From an uncultured bacterium (GTDB lineage: Bacteria; Bacteroidota; Bacteroidia; Sphingobacteriales; Sphingobacteriaceae): a stretch of 64,000 nucleotides of DNA. Below the pieces are notes generated by a model that was not told the DNA's origin, ran no database searches, and saw nothing but the letters and a program-made list of their open reading frames with translations. The stretch spans positions 68,688 to 132,687 of the forward strand of contig CAMTVQ010000002.1 in the NCBI GenBank assembly GCA_947085255.1. The letters are read 5' to 3'. The translations under genes were made by a program, and so were the position numbers. Positions 1 through 9,361 of this stretch are shown piece by piece (the first letter of the stretch is position 1; each line of letters begins with the position of its first letter).

Positions 1-1
1 G

Positions 2-535
2 AATTGGCATTTTTTCACAATACTCTTTTAGTTTTGTCAAACCTTGATCAAACTGATCCTCTAAGGCACCCTTCATCAGTACATTCATATAGCGCATCAT
101 TGGGTTATTGCTTTCTTGACCAATGCTCCACCAGGTTACTTTTACCCCTTCTGGAACCGATTCAAACGTCCATTTGTCTTCTGAATGTGCATCAAAATCT
201 GCGAAATACAAGTCATTTACAATAACACTATTAGGAGTAGTTTCGGTACGTGTCATCGATCCTTTTCCAACTTTATCACCTTCCCAAGAGTATTTGTACT
301 CTGCTTCTCCCTTAGTACCTTCAATGGTAGTTTTGGCTTCAGGATCCATTACATGCCATGGGCTGTAATTATTAAACTGATCGAAATCAGCTACTACTTC
401 AAAAACAGCTGCTGGTTCTGTAGCAACTACAATACTTCTACTCATTTCTAACTTGGTGGGCAAGAAGAAACTAATAAGGGCTAATACAAGCACAAGGGCC
501 GATAAGCCGATTAAAATCTTTTTAAATACATTCAT
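2..535 (-). CDS. SRPBCC (START/polyketide-cyclase-like) family protein; C-terminus runs off the left window edge
   Basis: Absent from the ORF track because it is open-ended. Minus-strand ATG at 535-533 reads MNVFKKILIGLSALVLVLALISFFLPTKLEMSRSIVVATEPAAVFEVVADFDQFNNYSPWHVMDPEAK... with no stop down to position 2. N-terminal membrane anchor plus SRPBCC-like core by recognition. The + strand ORFs 4-451 are its shadows. Confidence 0.6.
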   Translation of the reverse strand, partial: MNVFKKILIGLSALVLVLALISFFLPTKLEMSRSIVVATEPAAVFEVVADFDQFNNYSPWHVMDPEAKTTIEGTKGEAEYKYSWEGDKVGKGSMTRTETTPNSVIVNDLYFADFDAHSEDKWTFESVPEGVKVTWWSIGQESNNPMMRYMNVLMKGALEDQFDQGLTKLKEYCEKMPI

Positions 536-605
536 AACATTGGTTTTTTGTTTAAGTAAAACTACCTATTTTAAACCAACAGTCAATTATTTTGTAATAA
601 AAAAA

Positions 606-1508
606 TTACAAAATATCTGCTATAGCTGCTTTTATATCCGGGAACTCAAACTCAAAACCCATTTTTTGTACACGCTGCACAGAACATCGGTTACTGTTGA
701 GCACCACCTTACTCATCTCTCCTAACATAATTTGTAGTGCCCATACCGGAACGGCTGGCAGAAAGAATGGCTTATTTAAATGATTAGCTATCACTTTAGT
801 TACTGCATAATTCGTTTCTGGTTGAGGTGAAGCTGCATTATACACTCCTTTATAATCAGTTTGCTCAACTACCTTCAAAAAGAGTTTACATAAATCGGAT
901 ATATGTATCCAAGACATCCACTGCTTACCCGAGCCTAACGCTGCAGCCAAACCCCATTTTATAGGTGCTGCTAATTGCACTAATGCGCCACCATCGGCAG
1001 CCAATACGACCCCAATACGCAACTTTACGGTACGGATACCCAAACCTGCAATTGTATCGGCAGCTTGTTCCCATTGCTTACAACAGGTGCCCATAAAATC
1101 CATTGCTACTTCATGCTCTTCTGTAATCAATGCATCAGCCGTATCGCCATAATACCCTACTGCCGAAGCCGACACATAAGTAGTTACCTGATGCGTATTA
1201 TTTTTAAGAAAATTATATAAGGTATACGTACTTTGAACACGGCTATCAATCAATTCTTTTTTGCGTGCAGGTGTCCATCTTTTTTCGGCTATGCCTGCCC
1301 CTGCTAAGTTTATTACCGTATCTACACCATCAAAAGCACGCAGATCTATGGTATGCATCTGTGGATTCCATGCGTATTTTTTTATGTCTGCTTGTAAATC
1401 ATCCGACCGGCTCAACCATACCACTTCATGCCCCTTTTTGAGCAATAATTGAGTAAGCCTTTTGCCTAACAATCCGCTACCACCAGCTATGAGTATTTTT
1501 TGTTTCAT
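606..1508 (-). CDS. TIGR01777/YfcH-like NAD-dependent epimerase family protein (with DUF1731-type C-terminus)
   Basis: 300-aa ORF. N-terminal Rossmann motif ILIAGGSGLLG. Overall layout typical of the YfcH/TIGR01777 family. Confidence 0.75.
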   Translation of the reverse strand: MKQKILIAGGSGLLGKRLTQLLLKKGHEVVWLSRSDDLQADIKKYAWNPQMHTIDLRAFDGVDTVINLAGAGIAEKRWTPARKKELIDSRVQSTYTLYNFLKNNTHQVTTYVSASAVGYYGDTADALITEEHEVAMDFMGTCCKQWEQAADTIAGLGIRTVKLRIGVVLAADGGALVQLAAPIKWGLAAALGSGKQWMSWIHISDLCKLFLKVVEQTDYKGVYNAASPQPETNYAVTKVIANHLNKPFFLPAVPVWALQIMLGEMSKVVLNSNRCSVQRVQKMGFEFEFPDIKAAIADIL

Positions 1509-1545
1509 TGGCCTTGTAACAACACATATTTAAGTAAGTTTGCGC

Positions 1546-1863
1546 ATGAGATTCAAAAAACATGTTTTTATTTGCGTTAACGAACGTCCCGAAGGCAAGA
1601 AATGTTGTGGTGAGGGACATGGAATGGCATTAGTAAATGAGTTTAAACGATTAATAAAGGATCAAGGACTACAAGTAACGATGCGTGCCCAAAAAACAGG
1701 CTGTTTTGATTTATGTGCTTTTGGCCCAACGGTAATGATTTACCCCGAAGGAAGAATATATGGCAAGGTACAACTTAGCGATGTAAGTGATATTATAGAG
1801 TTAGATTTGAAAGAGAATAAAGTCGTAACACGATTATTGGTAGAACTGCCAATCGTTTCCTAA
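1546..1863 (+). CDS. thioredoxin-like (2Fe-2S) ferredoxin domain protein
   Basis: ORF 1540-1863. The ATG at 1546 is preferred over the TTG at 1540. HVFICVNERPEGKKCCGEGHG ... GCFDLCAFGPTVMIYPEG shows the Cys pattern of 2Fe-2S thioredoxin-like ferredoxins. Confidence 0.7.
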   Translation: MRFKKHVFICVNERPEGKKCCGEGHGMALVNEFKRLIKDQGLQVTMRAQKTGCFDLCAFGPTVMIYPEGRIYGKVQLSDVSDIIELDLKENKVVTRLLVELPIVS

Positions 1864-1979
1864 AAAGGTACTTTTCAATAACAGCTCAGAAATGCGCAGA
1901 ATGATTCTAAATTTTAATATAAAGCGCTTTTAAGAAACATCTTTAGCTTTATGCTGTTGAATGATCTATTGTAGCACTA

Positions 1980-2879
1980 ATGAGAAATTTTTCTATTCGA
2001 GACATTGAATCACTTACTGGCATAAAAGCTGGCACAATACGTATTTGGGAACAGCGATACAATCTCATTACTCCAAAACGTACCAGCACAAATATTAGGT
2101 ACTATGACGATACCGATTTGCGACTATTGCTCAATATTTCGGTACTCACCAGCAATGGATATAAAATATCGGAAATAGCACAATTAAGCACACCCATTAT
2201 TGCTGAAAAAGTACGTTGTTTATTGGAAGATAGCGCCACTGCCTGTTTACAAAAAAATGCGCTTTGCGATGCCATGATACATATGGATGAAAGTGCTTTT
2301 GATAAAATACTACATACCTCTATCCTAAAAATGGGATTTGAGAACACCATGGAAAACCTGATACTGCCTTTTTTGAAAAAAATTGGCAACATGTGGCAAA
2401 CAGGAGCTATTAATCCCGCACATGAGCATTTTGTATCTCACCTTATCCGTCAAAAATTAATGGTGGCTATAGATGGTATTTCTATTACCCCAAATTGCGA
2501 GATTAAAAAGTTCTTATTGTTTTTACCAGCGGGAGAAAATCACGACATCAGTTTGTTGTATGCCAAATATCTCATAAAATCTAGGGGACATTTTGTGCTT
2601 TACTTAGGCAACAATATCCCATTAACTGATTTAGAGACCGTATCGCTCCATTTTAAGCCAGATTATGCACTTACCTTACTCACATCTGGATTAGTCACAG
2701 ACCCTACTGCTACTACACACACAATTAGCCAAAAACTAAATTGTCCTTTGCTTATTTCTGGAGCTCAGGTAATAGATAAAGTAGAAAGCACAGAAGATAT
2801 CATCGTGCTTAAAGGTATATCTTGTTTATTGAAACAACTTGCCTTGTTTAGTACTGCTTCTGTAGAAGCAGTTGCCTAA
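1980..2879 (+). CDS. MerR-family regulator with C-terminal cobalamin-binding domain (CarH/LitR-like)
   Basis: N-terminal MerR HTH (FSIRDIESLTGIKAGTIRIWEQRYNL). Contains WQTGAINPAHEH, which fits the Wx9EH motif. ENHDIS fits an ExHxx(G/S) B12-binding-like motif, followed by an SGL (SxL-like) motif. Confidence 0.7.
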   Translation: MRNFSIRDIESLTGIKAGTIRIWEQRYNLITPKRTSTNIRYYDDTDLRLLLNISVLTSNGYKISEIAQLSTPIIAEKVRCLLEDSATACLQKNALCDAMIHMDESAFDKILHTSILKMGFENTMENLILPFLKKIGNMWQTGAINPAHEHFVSHLIRQKLMVAIDGISITPNCEIKKFLLFLPAGENHDISLLYAKYLIKSRGHFVLYLGNNIPLTDLETVSLHFKPDYALTLLTSGLVTDPTATTHTISQKLNCPLLISGAQVIDKVESTEDIIVLKGISCLLKQLALFSTASVEAVA

Positions 2880-2921
2880 TTTGAAAGAAGAGTAGCTACT
2901 CAAACCAAATATCAAAGGCCC

Positions 2922-2943
2922 TTTTGGCGGAGAGGGCGGGATT
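2922..2943. repeat. 22-bp exact direct duplicate of the tRNA-Ser 3' end (ttttggcggagagggcgggatt)
   Basis: 2922-2943 is identical to 3071-3092. The second copy covers the last 19 nt of the tRNA (including the encoded CCA) plus 3 flanking nt. Confidence 0.9.
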
Positions 2944-3073
2944 ATTCCGCTGCGCTCCATGAATCCTCCACGGGCTTTTACCCACAACCCGTCGGATTTC
3001 AAACCAGTTCTCATCCCTCCTCAATCACACTAAACAAAAAAAGCACAACGTTGTAGTTGCACTTCCATTTTTT

Positions 3074-3163
3074 TGGCGGAGAGGGCGGGATTCGAACCCG
3101 CGATACCCTTGCGAGTATACTAGCTTTCCAAGCTAGCTCGTTCGGCCACTCTGACACCTCTCC
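3074..3163 (-). tRNA. tRNA-Ser (anticodon GGA), CCA encoded
   Basis: Reverse complement reads GGAGAGGTGTCAGAGTGGCCGAACGAGCTAGCTTGGAAAGCTAGTATACTCGCAAGGGTATCGCGGGTTCGAATCCCGCCCTCTCCGCCA. It has a 7-bp acceptor stem, anticodon stem CTAGC/GCTAG with loop TTGGAAA, a long variable arm and a GTTCGAATC T-loop. Confidence 0.9.
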
Positions 3164-3185
3164 TTTTTTTGAACGCCCAAAGGTA

Positions 3186-4205
3186 TCAATTTTCAGTCAA
3201 CTCGCCCCGTAGGCTTTGCTCCATTTGCATTTTTAGTTCGCTATCCGAAAGTTGCTGAGGCAGTAAAAACATCAGTTTTGTGAGTGCCGCTTCAAAAGTC
3301 ATATCATACCCACTTATTACTCCTAAACTCACCAAATGACTACTTGTAGCATAACGCCCCAATTCTACAGAACCACCTGCGCACTGCGTAATAGCTACAA
3401 TTAATTTTCCAGCGGTTATAGCAGTACTTAATTCATCAATAAACCATTGTTCGGTAGCTGTGTTGCCCGAACCAAAGGCTTCGATAATAATTGCTTTATG
3501 AGTGTTTTCTTGCAATACGGCATGCACACTGGCAGGACTAATACCTGGAAAAAGTTTTAAACTGCCTACTTGCGTACTCATCTGTTTGTATACTCGTAGC
3601 GCTTTTGTAGAAGTTGTACGCAATTCGTTCTCGCTAAAAAGCAAATGCACCCCTGCCTCGGCTAGTGGCTGGTAATTTGGTGATTGAAATGCTTCAAACT
3701 TAGTAGCGTGTGCCTTAGTAGAACGATTACCACGCAACAACAAGTAATCAAAGTAAATACATACTTCGGGCACTAATGGATGACCATTTTTGCGCGATGC
3801 AGCAATTTCAATTGCTGTGATTAAATTTTCTTTGGCATCTGTTCTTATCTGCCCAATAGGCAATTGCGACCCTGTAAATACTACTGGTTTACTTAAATTT
3901 TCGAGTAAAAAACTTAGTGCAGAAGCTGTATAAGCCATTGTATCGGTACCGTGCAATACTACAAAGCCATCGTACTTTTCATAATTTTCGGCGATTAATG
4001 CAGCTAGCTCTATCCATATTTCCGGTTTCATGTCCGACGAATCTATAATGGGACTAAAAGAGTGTACCGTTAAACGATGATCGAAACGCTGCAATTCGGG
4101 TACATTTTGCAAAACCTGTTCAAAATCAAACGGCTTAAGCATTCCCGTATGTGCATCATGCACCATACCTATGGTACCTCCTGTATATATAATGAGTATA
4201 TCCAT
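3186..4205 (-). CDS. ansA: type I (cytoplasmic) L-asparaginase
   Basis: 339 aa. N-terminal [12 protein letters not shown] active-site motif and HGTDTM motif. Confidence 0.85.
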   Translation of the reverse strand: MDILIIYTGGTIGMVHDAHTGMLKPFDFEQVLQNVPELQRFDHRLTVHSFSPIIDSSDMKPEIWIELAALIAENYEKYDGFVVLHGTDTMAYTASALSFLLENLSKPVVFTGSQLPIGQIRTDAKENLITAIEIAASRKNGHPLVPEVCIYFDYLLLRGNRSTKAHATKFEAFQSPNYQPLAEAGVHLLFSENELRTTSTKALRVYKQMSTQVGSLKLFPGISPASVHAVLQENTHKAIIIEAFGSGNTATEQWFIDELSTAITAGKLIVAITQCAGGSVELGRYATSSHLVSLGVISGYDMTFEAALTKLMFLLPQQLSDSELKMQMEQSLRGELTEN

Positions 4206-4208
4206 TTT

Positions 4209-4973
4209 TTATACGCCAAATATCAGTTTAGAATTTTGTGTGGTAATTGTTGCTACTTCCTCAATACTTATGTGTTTTATATCAGCTACTTTTTGAGCAA
4301 CATGGTACAAGTAGGCACTTTCGTTGGGTTTACCTCTAAACGGTACAGGAGGCAAATACGGCGAGTCGGTTTCGAGCACAATATTTGATAGTGATACGTT
4401 TTCCAACACTTTATCCAAACCTGCATTTTTATACGTTACCACACCACCAATACCCAAATAAAACCCCAAGGCAATTACTTGGTTAGCTTGTTCTATTGTT
4501 CCGGTAAAGCAATGGAAAATTCCGCGTAGCAATTCGTCTTTTTCTTCTTGTAAAATGGCTAACACCTCATCAAATGCATCTCTGCAATGGATTACAATAG
4601 GTAATTGTAATTTTTTAGCCCAGGCTATTTGTTTGCGGAAAGCCGCTTGCTGTTGTACTAAAAAGGTTTTATCCCAATACAAATCAATGCCTATTTCGCC
4701 AATAGCAACTATCTTTTTATTGAGGTGCTGTTCGATTACGGCTAGTTCCTCTTCTACTCGCTCGTTTACCGAACAGGGGTGCAAACCCATCATAGCAAAG
4801 CAATGCTCAGGGTAATTACCTGCCAAACGCCATACATCCGCAACCGATTCGCTATCAATATTTGGCAAGAAAAATCGGGTTACACCTGCATCAAAAGCAC
4901 GTTGCATCATACTGGCTTCATCTGTAGCCAATGCAGGTAAATAAATATGGGTGTGGGTATCGGTAAGTATCAT
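4209..4973 (-). CDS. TatD-family metal-dependent hydrolase/DNase
   Basis: 254 aa. N-terminal LTDTHTHIY and EIGIDLYWDK motifs, typical of TatD/YabD. Confidence 0.85.
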   Translation of the reverse strand: MILTDTHTHIYLPALATDEASMMQRAFDAGVTRFFLPNIDSESVADVWRLAGNYPEHCFAMMGLHPCSVNERVEEELAVIEQHLNKKIVAIGEIGIDLYWDKTFLVQQQAAFRKQIAWAKKLQLPIVIHCRDAFDEVLAILQEEKDELLRGIFHCFTGTIEQANQVIALGFYLGIGGVVTYKNAGLDKVLENVSLSNIVLETDSPYLPPVPFRGKPNESAYLYHVAQKVADIKHISIEEVATITTQNSKLIFGV

Positions 4974-5024
4974 AAAAAGAAACGCCTGTAAGAATCATCT
5001 TACAGGCGTTTTTGGAGTGTTTTA

Positions 5025-5873
5025 CTACTTAATGTCTATCAATTCTACATCAAAAATGAGTGGTTCAAATGGACCGATTGACCCACCTGCGCCTCTAGCA
5101 CCATATCCTAATTTAGAAGGAATAAGTAATGTAGCTTTAGCACCTTTGTTTAACAACGCAATACCTTCGTCCCAGCCTTTTATTACCTGACCTACACCAA
5201 TAGTAAATTCAAATGGTTCATTACGATCTACAGAAGAATCGAATTTTTGGCCATTGACCAATCTACCTGTGTAATGCACAACTACTGTTTTGCCATTTTC
5301 GGGCTTAGGGCCAGTTGCAGCTTGGGTAATAACATATTGCAAGCCACTTTCTGTTTTTTCAGGCTGTAACTTATTATCTGCTATATATTTAGACAACACA
5401 ACTGTTTCTTCTTTCTCTTTCATTTCTGCTTCTGCTTGTTGCTCTCTTAAAAGGGCATCTTGATTAGTTACCTTATTTACTTTTATGTAAAACTTAAGTG
5501 CTGTTCCCTTTTCGATAAAAGGAGGCAGAGGTTGACGAAACGTTTTTTGAAATAACGAATCAGCATTGATCTTAAAAATTCCGCTATCGCCAAGTGTTAA
5601 CAATTTCAAGGCATCGTTTAAATCGCCTTTAAAATCGCCATCGCTTACAATAAGTTGTACCGGCTGGCCAATTACTTTCTTATTATCAAACAAGATAGAA
5701 TCTTTAGCATTAGCATAACTTAAATCTACAAAAACAACGTCATTATTTTTGATACGCTCACCTTTATTTGGCTTTACGATAACGTACTCTAATCCACTTT
5801 TTGTTTTTTCGAACTTTTGCGCAAATGCCGTTGTTGCAAACAGCACTGTTGCTATAATTAGTATCTTTTTCAT
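5025..5873 (-). CDS. secreted FKBP-type peptidyl-prolyl cis-trans isomerase
   Basis: 282 aa with a signal peptide. C-terminal FKBP domain (VVVHYTGRLVNGQKFDSS ... GWDEGIALLNKGAKATLLIPSKLGYG). Confidence 0.85.
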   Translation of the reverse strand: MKKILIIATVLFATTAFAQKFEKTKSGLEYVIVKPNKGERIKNNDVVFVDLSYANAKDSILFDNKKVIGQPVQLIVSDGDFKGDLNDALKLLTLGDSGIFKINADSLFQKTFRQPLPPFIEKGTALKFYIKVNKVTNQDALLREQQAEAEMKEKEETVVLSKYIADNKLQPEKTESGLQYVITQAATGPKPENGKTVVVHYTGRLVNGQKFDSSVDRNEPFEFTIGVGQVIKGWDEGIALLNKGAKATLLIPSKLGYGARGAGGSIGPFEPLIFDVELIDIK

Positions 5874-5987
5874 CTGTTTATTTTTGATTTTTTATGGTCA
5901 GATGGAACTCGCAAAAATAATCATCACCCTTGTGGTAAGAACTAACATGCTCGTTTCATTTGTTTAAAATTTAGGTGGTTAAAGCTA

Positions 5988-6860
5988 TTACTTCTTTACA
6001 ACATCTATTAATTGTACATCAAACAATAATGTTGCGTTGGCAGGTATTACACCACCACCAGCACCATTAGGACCATATCCTAAATGAGAAGGAATAACCA
6101 AAGTTGCTTTTGCTCCTTTTTTAAGCAAGGCAATACCTTCGTCCCATCCTGGAATTACTTGTCCTTCGCCAATTGGGAAACGGATAGCTTCGCGTCCTTC
6201 TGAAGAATCGAACACTTTACCATCTAATAGTTTACCTGTATATTTTACTACTACGGTATCACCAGATTGTGGCATTATGCCTGTTCCTTCACGGGTAATA
6301 ATGTATTGCAAACCTGTACCAGTAGCTTTTGCTTGTAACTTATTATCGGCAATGTACTGATCGATAATTTTCTTTTCGGCACCAATTTGTGTGGCTTTTT
6401 CGCGATCTAATTCTTCTTGCAATTTTGCTTTTGGTGTTACTTTATTAATTTTCAATTGAAAAGTAATTGGGCTACCTGCAGGAATAAACTCTGGACGAGG
6501 GAAACCAAATGTGCGTGTAAACAACGAATCAGCATTGATTTTGCACGTCATGCTATCGCCTGCTGTACACAACATTAAGGCATCCATTAAATCGCCTTTA
6601 AAAGTTGGTTTCATAATCATTAAATCTACCTTACGACCTTGCTCATAGGTATTAAAAAGAACTGAATCCTTATCTAAAGAATCCGAATGGTATGAGTAAA
6701 TCATATCCATACTGATATAATCACCTTCAGTGATTTTAGCACCTTCATTTTCGGTATGAATTTTATACGTTAAGCCATCATCAGTTGTCTTAAAGCCATC
6801 TCCGCAGCTTTGCAAAAGTGCCATTGCAACGGCGCTTATAAGAATTAGTTTTTTTTGCAT
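5988..6860 (-). CDS. FKBP-type peptidyl-prolyl isomerase lipoprotein (tandem paralog of 5025-5873)
   Basis: 290 aa. Lipobox LLQSCG. Same domain layout and FKBP motifs as its neighbour. Confidence 0.85.
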   Translation of the reverse strand: MQKKLILISAVAMALLQSCGDGFKTTDDGLTYKIHTENEGAKITEGDYISMDMIYSYHSDSLDKDSVLFNTYEQGRKVDLMIMKPTFKGDLMDALMLCTAGDSMTCKINADSLFTRTFGFPRPEFIPAGSPITFQLKINKVTPKAKLQEELDREKATQIGAEKKIIDQYIADNKLQAKATGTGLQYIITREGTGIMPQSGDTVVVKYTGKLLDGKVFDSSEGREAIRFPIGEGQVIPGWDEGIALLKKGAKATLVIPSHLGYGPNGAGGGVIPANATLLFDVQLIDVVKK

Positions 6861-6873
6861 GTTCTATTTGTTT

Positions 6874-7893
6874 TTATTGATTTAATAATTGTTTGTATTC
6901 TGGTAAAATTGATTTGAATTTATGAACTACCGCGTCTAATGGTTCTTTAGACTGTCCGCCTGCTGCATTGCGATGCCCGCCACCTTCAAAATACTTTTGG
7001 GCAAATTCGTTTGCTGGAAACTCTCCCTTAGAACGAAAAGATAGCTTTACTAAATCTTTACGCTCTACAATAAAGGCTGCAAATTTAATACCCGCTATTG
7101 CCAAGGCATAGTTTACCACCCCTTCGGTATCGCCAGTAGTAATCTTATAACGCTCTAATTCCTCTTTATTAAGATAAATGAGTGCTGTATTGTATTCGTG
7201 GTAAATTTCTAATTTGTCCTTTAAGCAAAACCCTAAAAATCGCAAACGCGATTCGGTAAAGGTATCGTACACTTGCTCGTGAATATGGGAATTATTAGCC
7301 CCCGCTTCTATCAAATCGGCTACTTTACGGTGCAAAGAAGAAGTAGTAGACGGAAAACGGAAAGAACCAGAATCTGTCATAATACCAGCGTACAAACACG
7401 TAGCTATTTCTTTAGTTAGTAAGGCTTTATCACCCATTAGTTCGATAAAATCTAACACTAACTCGGCAGTAGCGCAGGCTTTCGTACTCCATAGGCGGTA
7501 ATCATCAAATCCTTGAGGAGCTAAATGGTGGTCAATCATCACCTTTACGGCTGCTGATTTTTCTACCAAAGCGCCTAACTCATAAATTCTACCCAGATGA
7601 TTGAAATCCAAGCAAAAAATAAGTTCTGCATTCGCTATTATATTTGCCGTCTCTTCTAGATGTTCGGTATATACCAAAACATGTTCGTTGCCAGGCATCC
7701 ACTGTAAAAAGTAGGCGTAATCACTAGGGGTAATTACTGTTACCTCGTGACCCTTTAACTTTAAGTAGTGATACAAGCCCAAAGACGAACCCATTGCATC
7801 ACCATCGGGTTTGTGATGCGTTGTGATAACAATGCGCTTACTGGAGGAGAGGATGGCTTTAAGTGCCGATAAGTTTTCCATTAAAGGAGGCAA
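6874..7893 (-). CDS. nrnA: DHH/DHHA1 phosphoesterase (NrnA-like oligoribonuclease/pAp phosphatase)
   Basis: 339 aa. HHKPDGDAMGS (DHH subfamily motif), DHH at MIDHHL, GGGHRNAAG near the C-terminus. Confidence 0.75.
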   Translation of the reverse strand: MPPLMENLSALKAILSSSKRIVITTHHKPDGDAMGSSLGLYHYLKLKGHEVTVITPSDYAYFLQWMPGNEHVLVYTEHLEETANIIANAELIFCLDFNHLGRIYELGALVEKSAAVKVMIDHHLAPQGFDDYRLWSTKACATAELVLDFIELMGDKALLTKEIATCLYAGIMTDSGSFRFPSTTSSLHRKVADLIEAGANNSHIHEQVYDTFTESRLRFLGFCLKDKLEIYHEYNTALIYLNKEELERYKITTGDTEGVVNYALAIAGIKFAAFIVERKDLVKLSFRSKGEFPANEFAQKYFEGGGHRNAAGGQSKEPLDAVVHKFKSILPEYKQLLNQ

Positions 7894-8034
7894 AGTTATT
7901 GAAAATACTTACATTTCAGTTGTAAATAATTTGTTTTTAACCAACTGAAAAGAATCGCTAAAACGCGCCTCGTTTATACCTATAAATAGTTGGAAACAGT
8001 AAAAACAAAGTGCTAAACTTTTACTTTTATAGCA

Positions 8035-9339
8035 ATGACTCCTATTTCTATTTTTTGGTTTAGAAGAGACCTTCGATTGGAAGACAATGCCGCATTGTAT
8101 CACGCCCTTAAATCAGGACTACAAGTCCTGCCTATTTTCGTTTTCGACATCAGTATATTAAATCAGTTGGAAGACAAAACGGATGCTCGTGTCTCTTTCA
8201 TCCACCAAACAATTAGTACATTAAAAAAAGAGCTGGAAGCATTAGGGACTTCTCTGTATGTACACCATGGAACAGCAACCGAGGCCTTCGGGAAATTACT
8301 AAACGAGTATAGTGTAAAAGCCGTTTATACGAACCATGACTATGAGCCATCGGCAATAGCACGTGATGAGCATATCACAACCTTATTGGGAGAATTAGGC
8401 ATTCCGTTAAAAACCTATAAAGACCAATGCATTTTTGAGAAATGCGAAGTAACAAAAGATGATGGTAAGCCTTATACTGTTTTTACGCCCTATAAAAACA
8501 AATGGCTTGCTAAGCTGAATGATTTTTATTTGAGCAGTTACCCTACCGAAAACTATTTCAAAAATCTTTACCAAACAACTGCTTTTACACTGCCTTCTTT
8601 AACTGAGGTAGGTTTTGAGCAATCAGCTATCCACTTTCCTCCAACAACCGATTTTGAGCATTTACTAAAAGATTACCAAACCAATAGAGATTACCCCGCA
8701 TTAGGTGCTACAACGCGTTTAAGTGTGCACTTACGTTTCGGGACGGTAAGCATTAGAAAATTGGCTAAGTTGGCTCAACAAACATCCGATACTTGGCTAA
8801 GCGAATTGATATGGCGTGATTTTTACTTTCAGATTCTGTATCATTTTCCGCATGCAACAAAAGGTGCTTTCAAACCTCAATACGATGCCATACAGTGGCG
8901 AAACAATGAAGTTGAATTTGAAAAATGGTGTAATGGGCAAACGGGTTACCCCATAGTAGATGCTGGCATGCGCGAGTTAAATACTACTGGATTTATGCAC
9001 AACCGCGTACGCATGATTGTTGCCAGTTTCCTCACCAAACACTTATTAATCGACTGGCGTTGGGGAGAGGCTTATTTTGCCAAAAAATTACTGGATTTTG
9101 ACCTATCGGCTAATAATGGTGGCTGGCAGTGGGCGGCGGGCAGTGGCTGCGATGCGGCTCCTTATTTCCGAATTTTTAACCCGTATGAGCAAACCAAAAA
9201 GTTTGATGCTGATTTAAAATACATCCGTAAATGGGTACCCGAGTTTCAGCAATTAAATTACCAAAAACCTATAGTAGATCACAGTATGGCGAGAGAACGT
9301 TGCCTTACTGTATATAAAAATGCGCTAAAAACTGACTGA
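8035..9339 (+). CDS. phrB: deoxyribodipyrimidine photolyase (cryptochrome/photolyase family)
   Basis: 434 aa. N-terminal IFWFRRDLRLEDNAAL and C-terminal FAD-binding motifs (WREFY-like LIWRDFYF, NNGGWQWAAGSG). Confidence 0.9.
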   Translation: MTPISIFWFRRDLRLEDNAALYHALKSGLQVLPIFVFDISILNQLEDKTDARVSFIHQTISTLKKELEALGTSLYVHHGTATEAFGKLLNEYSVKAVYTNHDYEPSAIARDEHITTLLGELGIPLKTYKDQCIFEKCEVTKDDGKPYTVFTPYKNKWLAKLNDFYLSSYPTENYFKNLYQTTAFTLPSLTEVGFEQSAIHFPPTTDFEHLLKDYQTNRDYPALGATTRLSVHLRFGTVSIRKLAKLAQQTSDTWLSELIWRDFYFQILYHFPHATKGAFKPQYDAIQWRNNEVEFEKWCNGQTGYPIVDAGMRELNTTGFMHNRVRMIVASFLTKHLLIDWRWGEAYFAKKLLDFDLSANNGGWQWAAGSGCDAAPYFRIFNPYEQTKKFDADLKYIRKWVPEFQQLNYQKPIVDHSMARERCLTVYKNALKTD

Positions 9340-9361
9340 TTTAGGTCTGACTTGAAACACA

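Noticed and set aside
4-725. Four overlapping + strand ORFs (73-90 aa) at the left edge
   Set aside because: They overlap a much better minus-strand reading frame (the SRPBCC protein, 2-535) and the 3' end of the epimerase gene. Their sequences are Cys/Ser/Phe-rich nonsense with no motifs.
2826-3014. A 62-aa minus-strand ORF spanning the tRNA-like duplicate
   Set aside because: It lies across the repeat and spacer region and overlaps the 3' end of the MerR gene. It has no coding features.
2925-3020. A possible second tRNA or selenocysteine tRNA next to tRNA-Ser (shared 3' end, ~96 nt, TCA on the opposite strand)
   Set aside because: Hand folding gives a 6-bp acceptor stem with mismatches. 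The T-loop is degenerate (GCGGAATAATCCCGC instead of GTTCGAATC). There is no anticodon stem around any plausible anticodon. It is treated as a duplicated fragment, not an RNA gene.
7909-8103. A 64-aa minus-strand ORF overlapping the photolyase start
   Set aside because: It lies in the divergent promoter region and the photolyase N-terminus. It has no supporting features.
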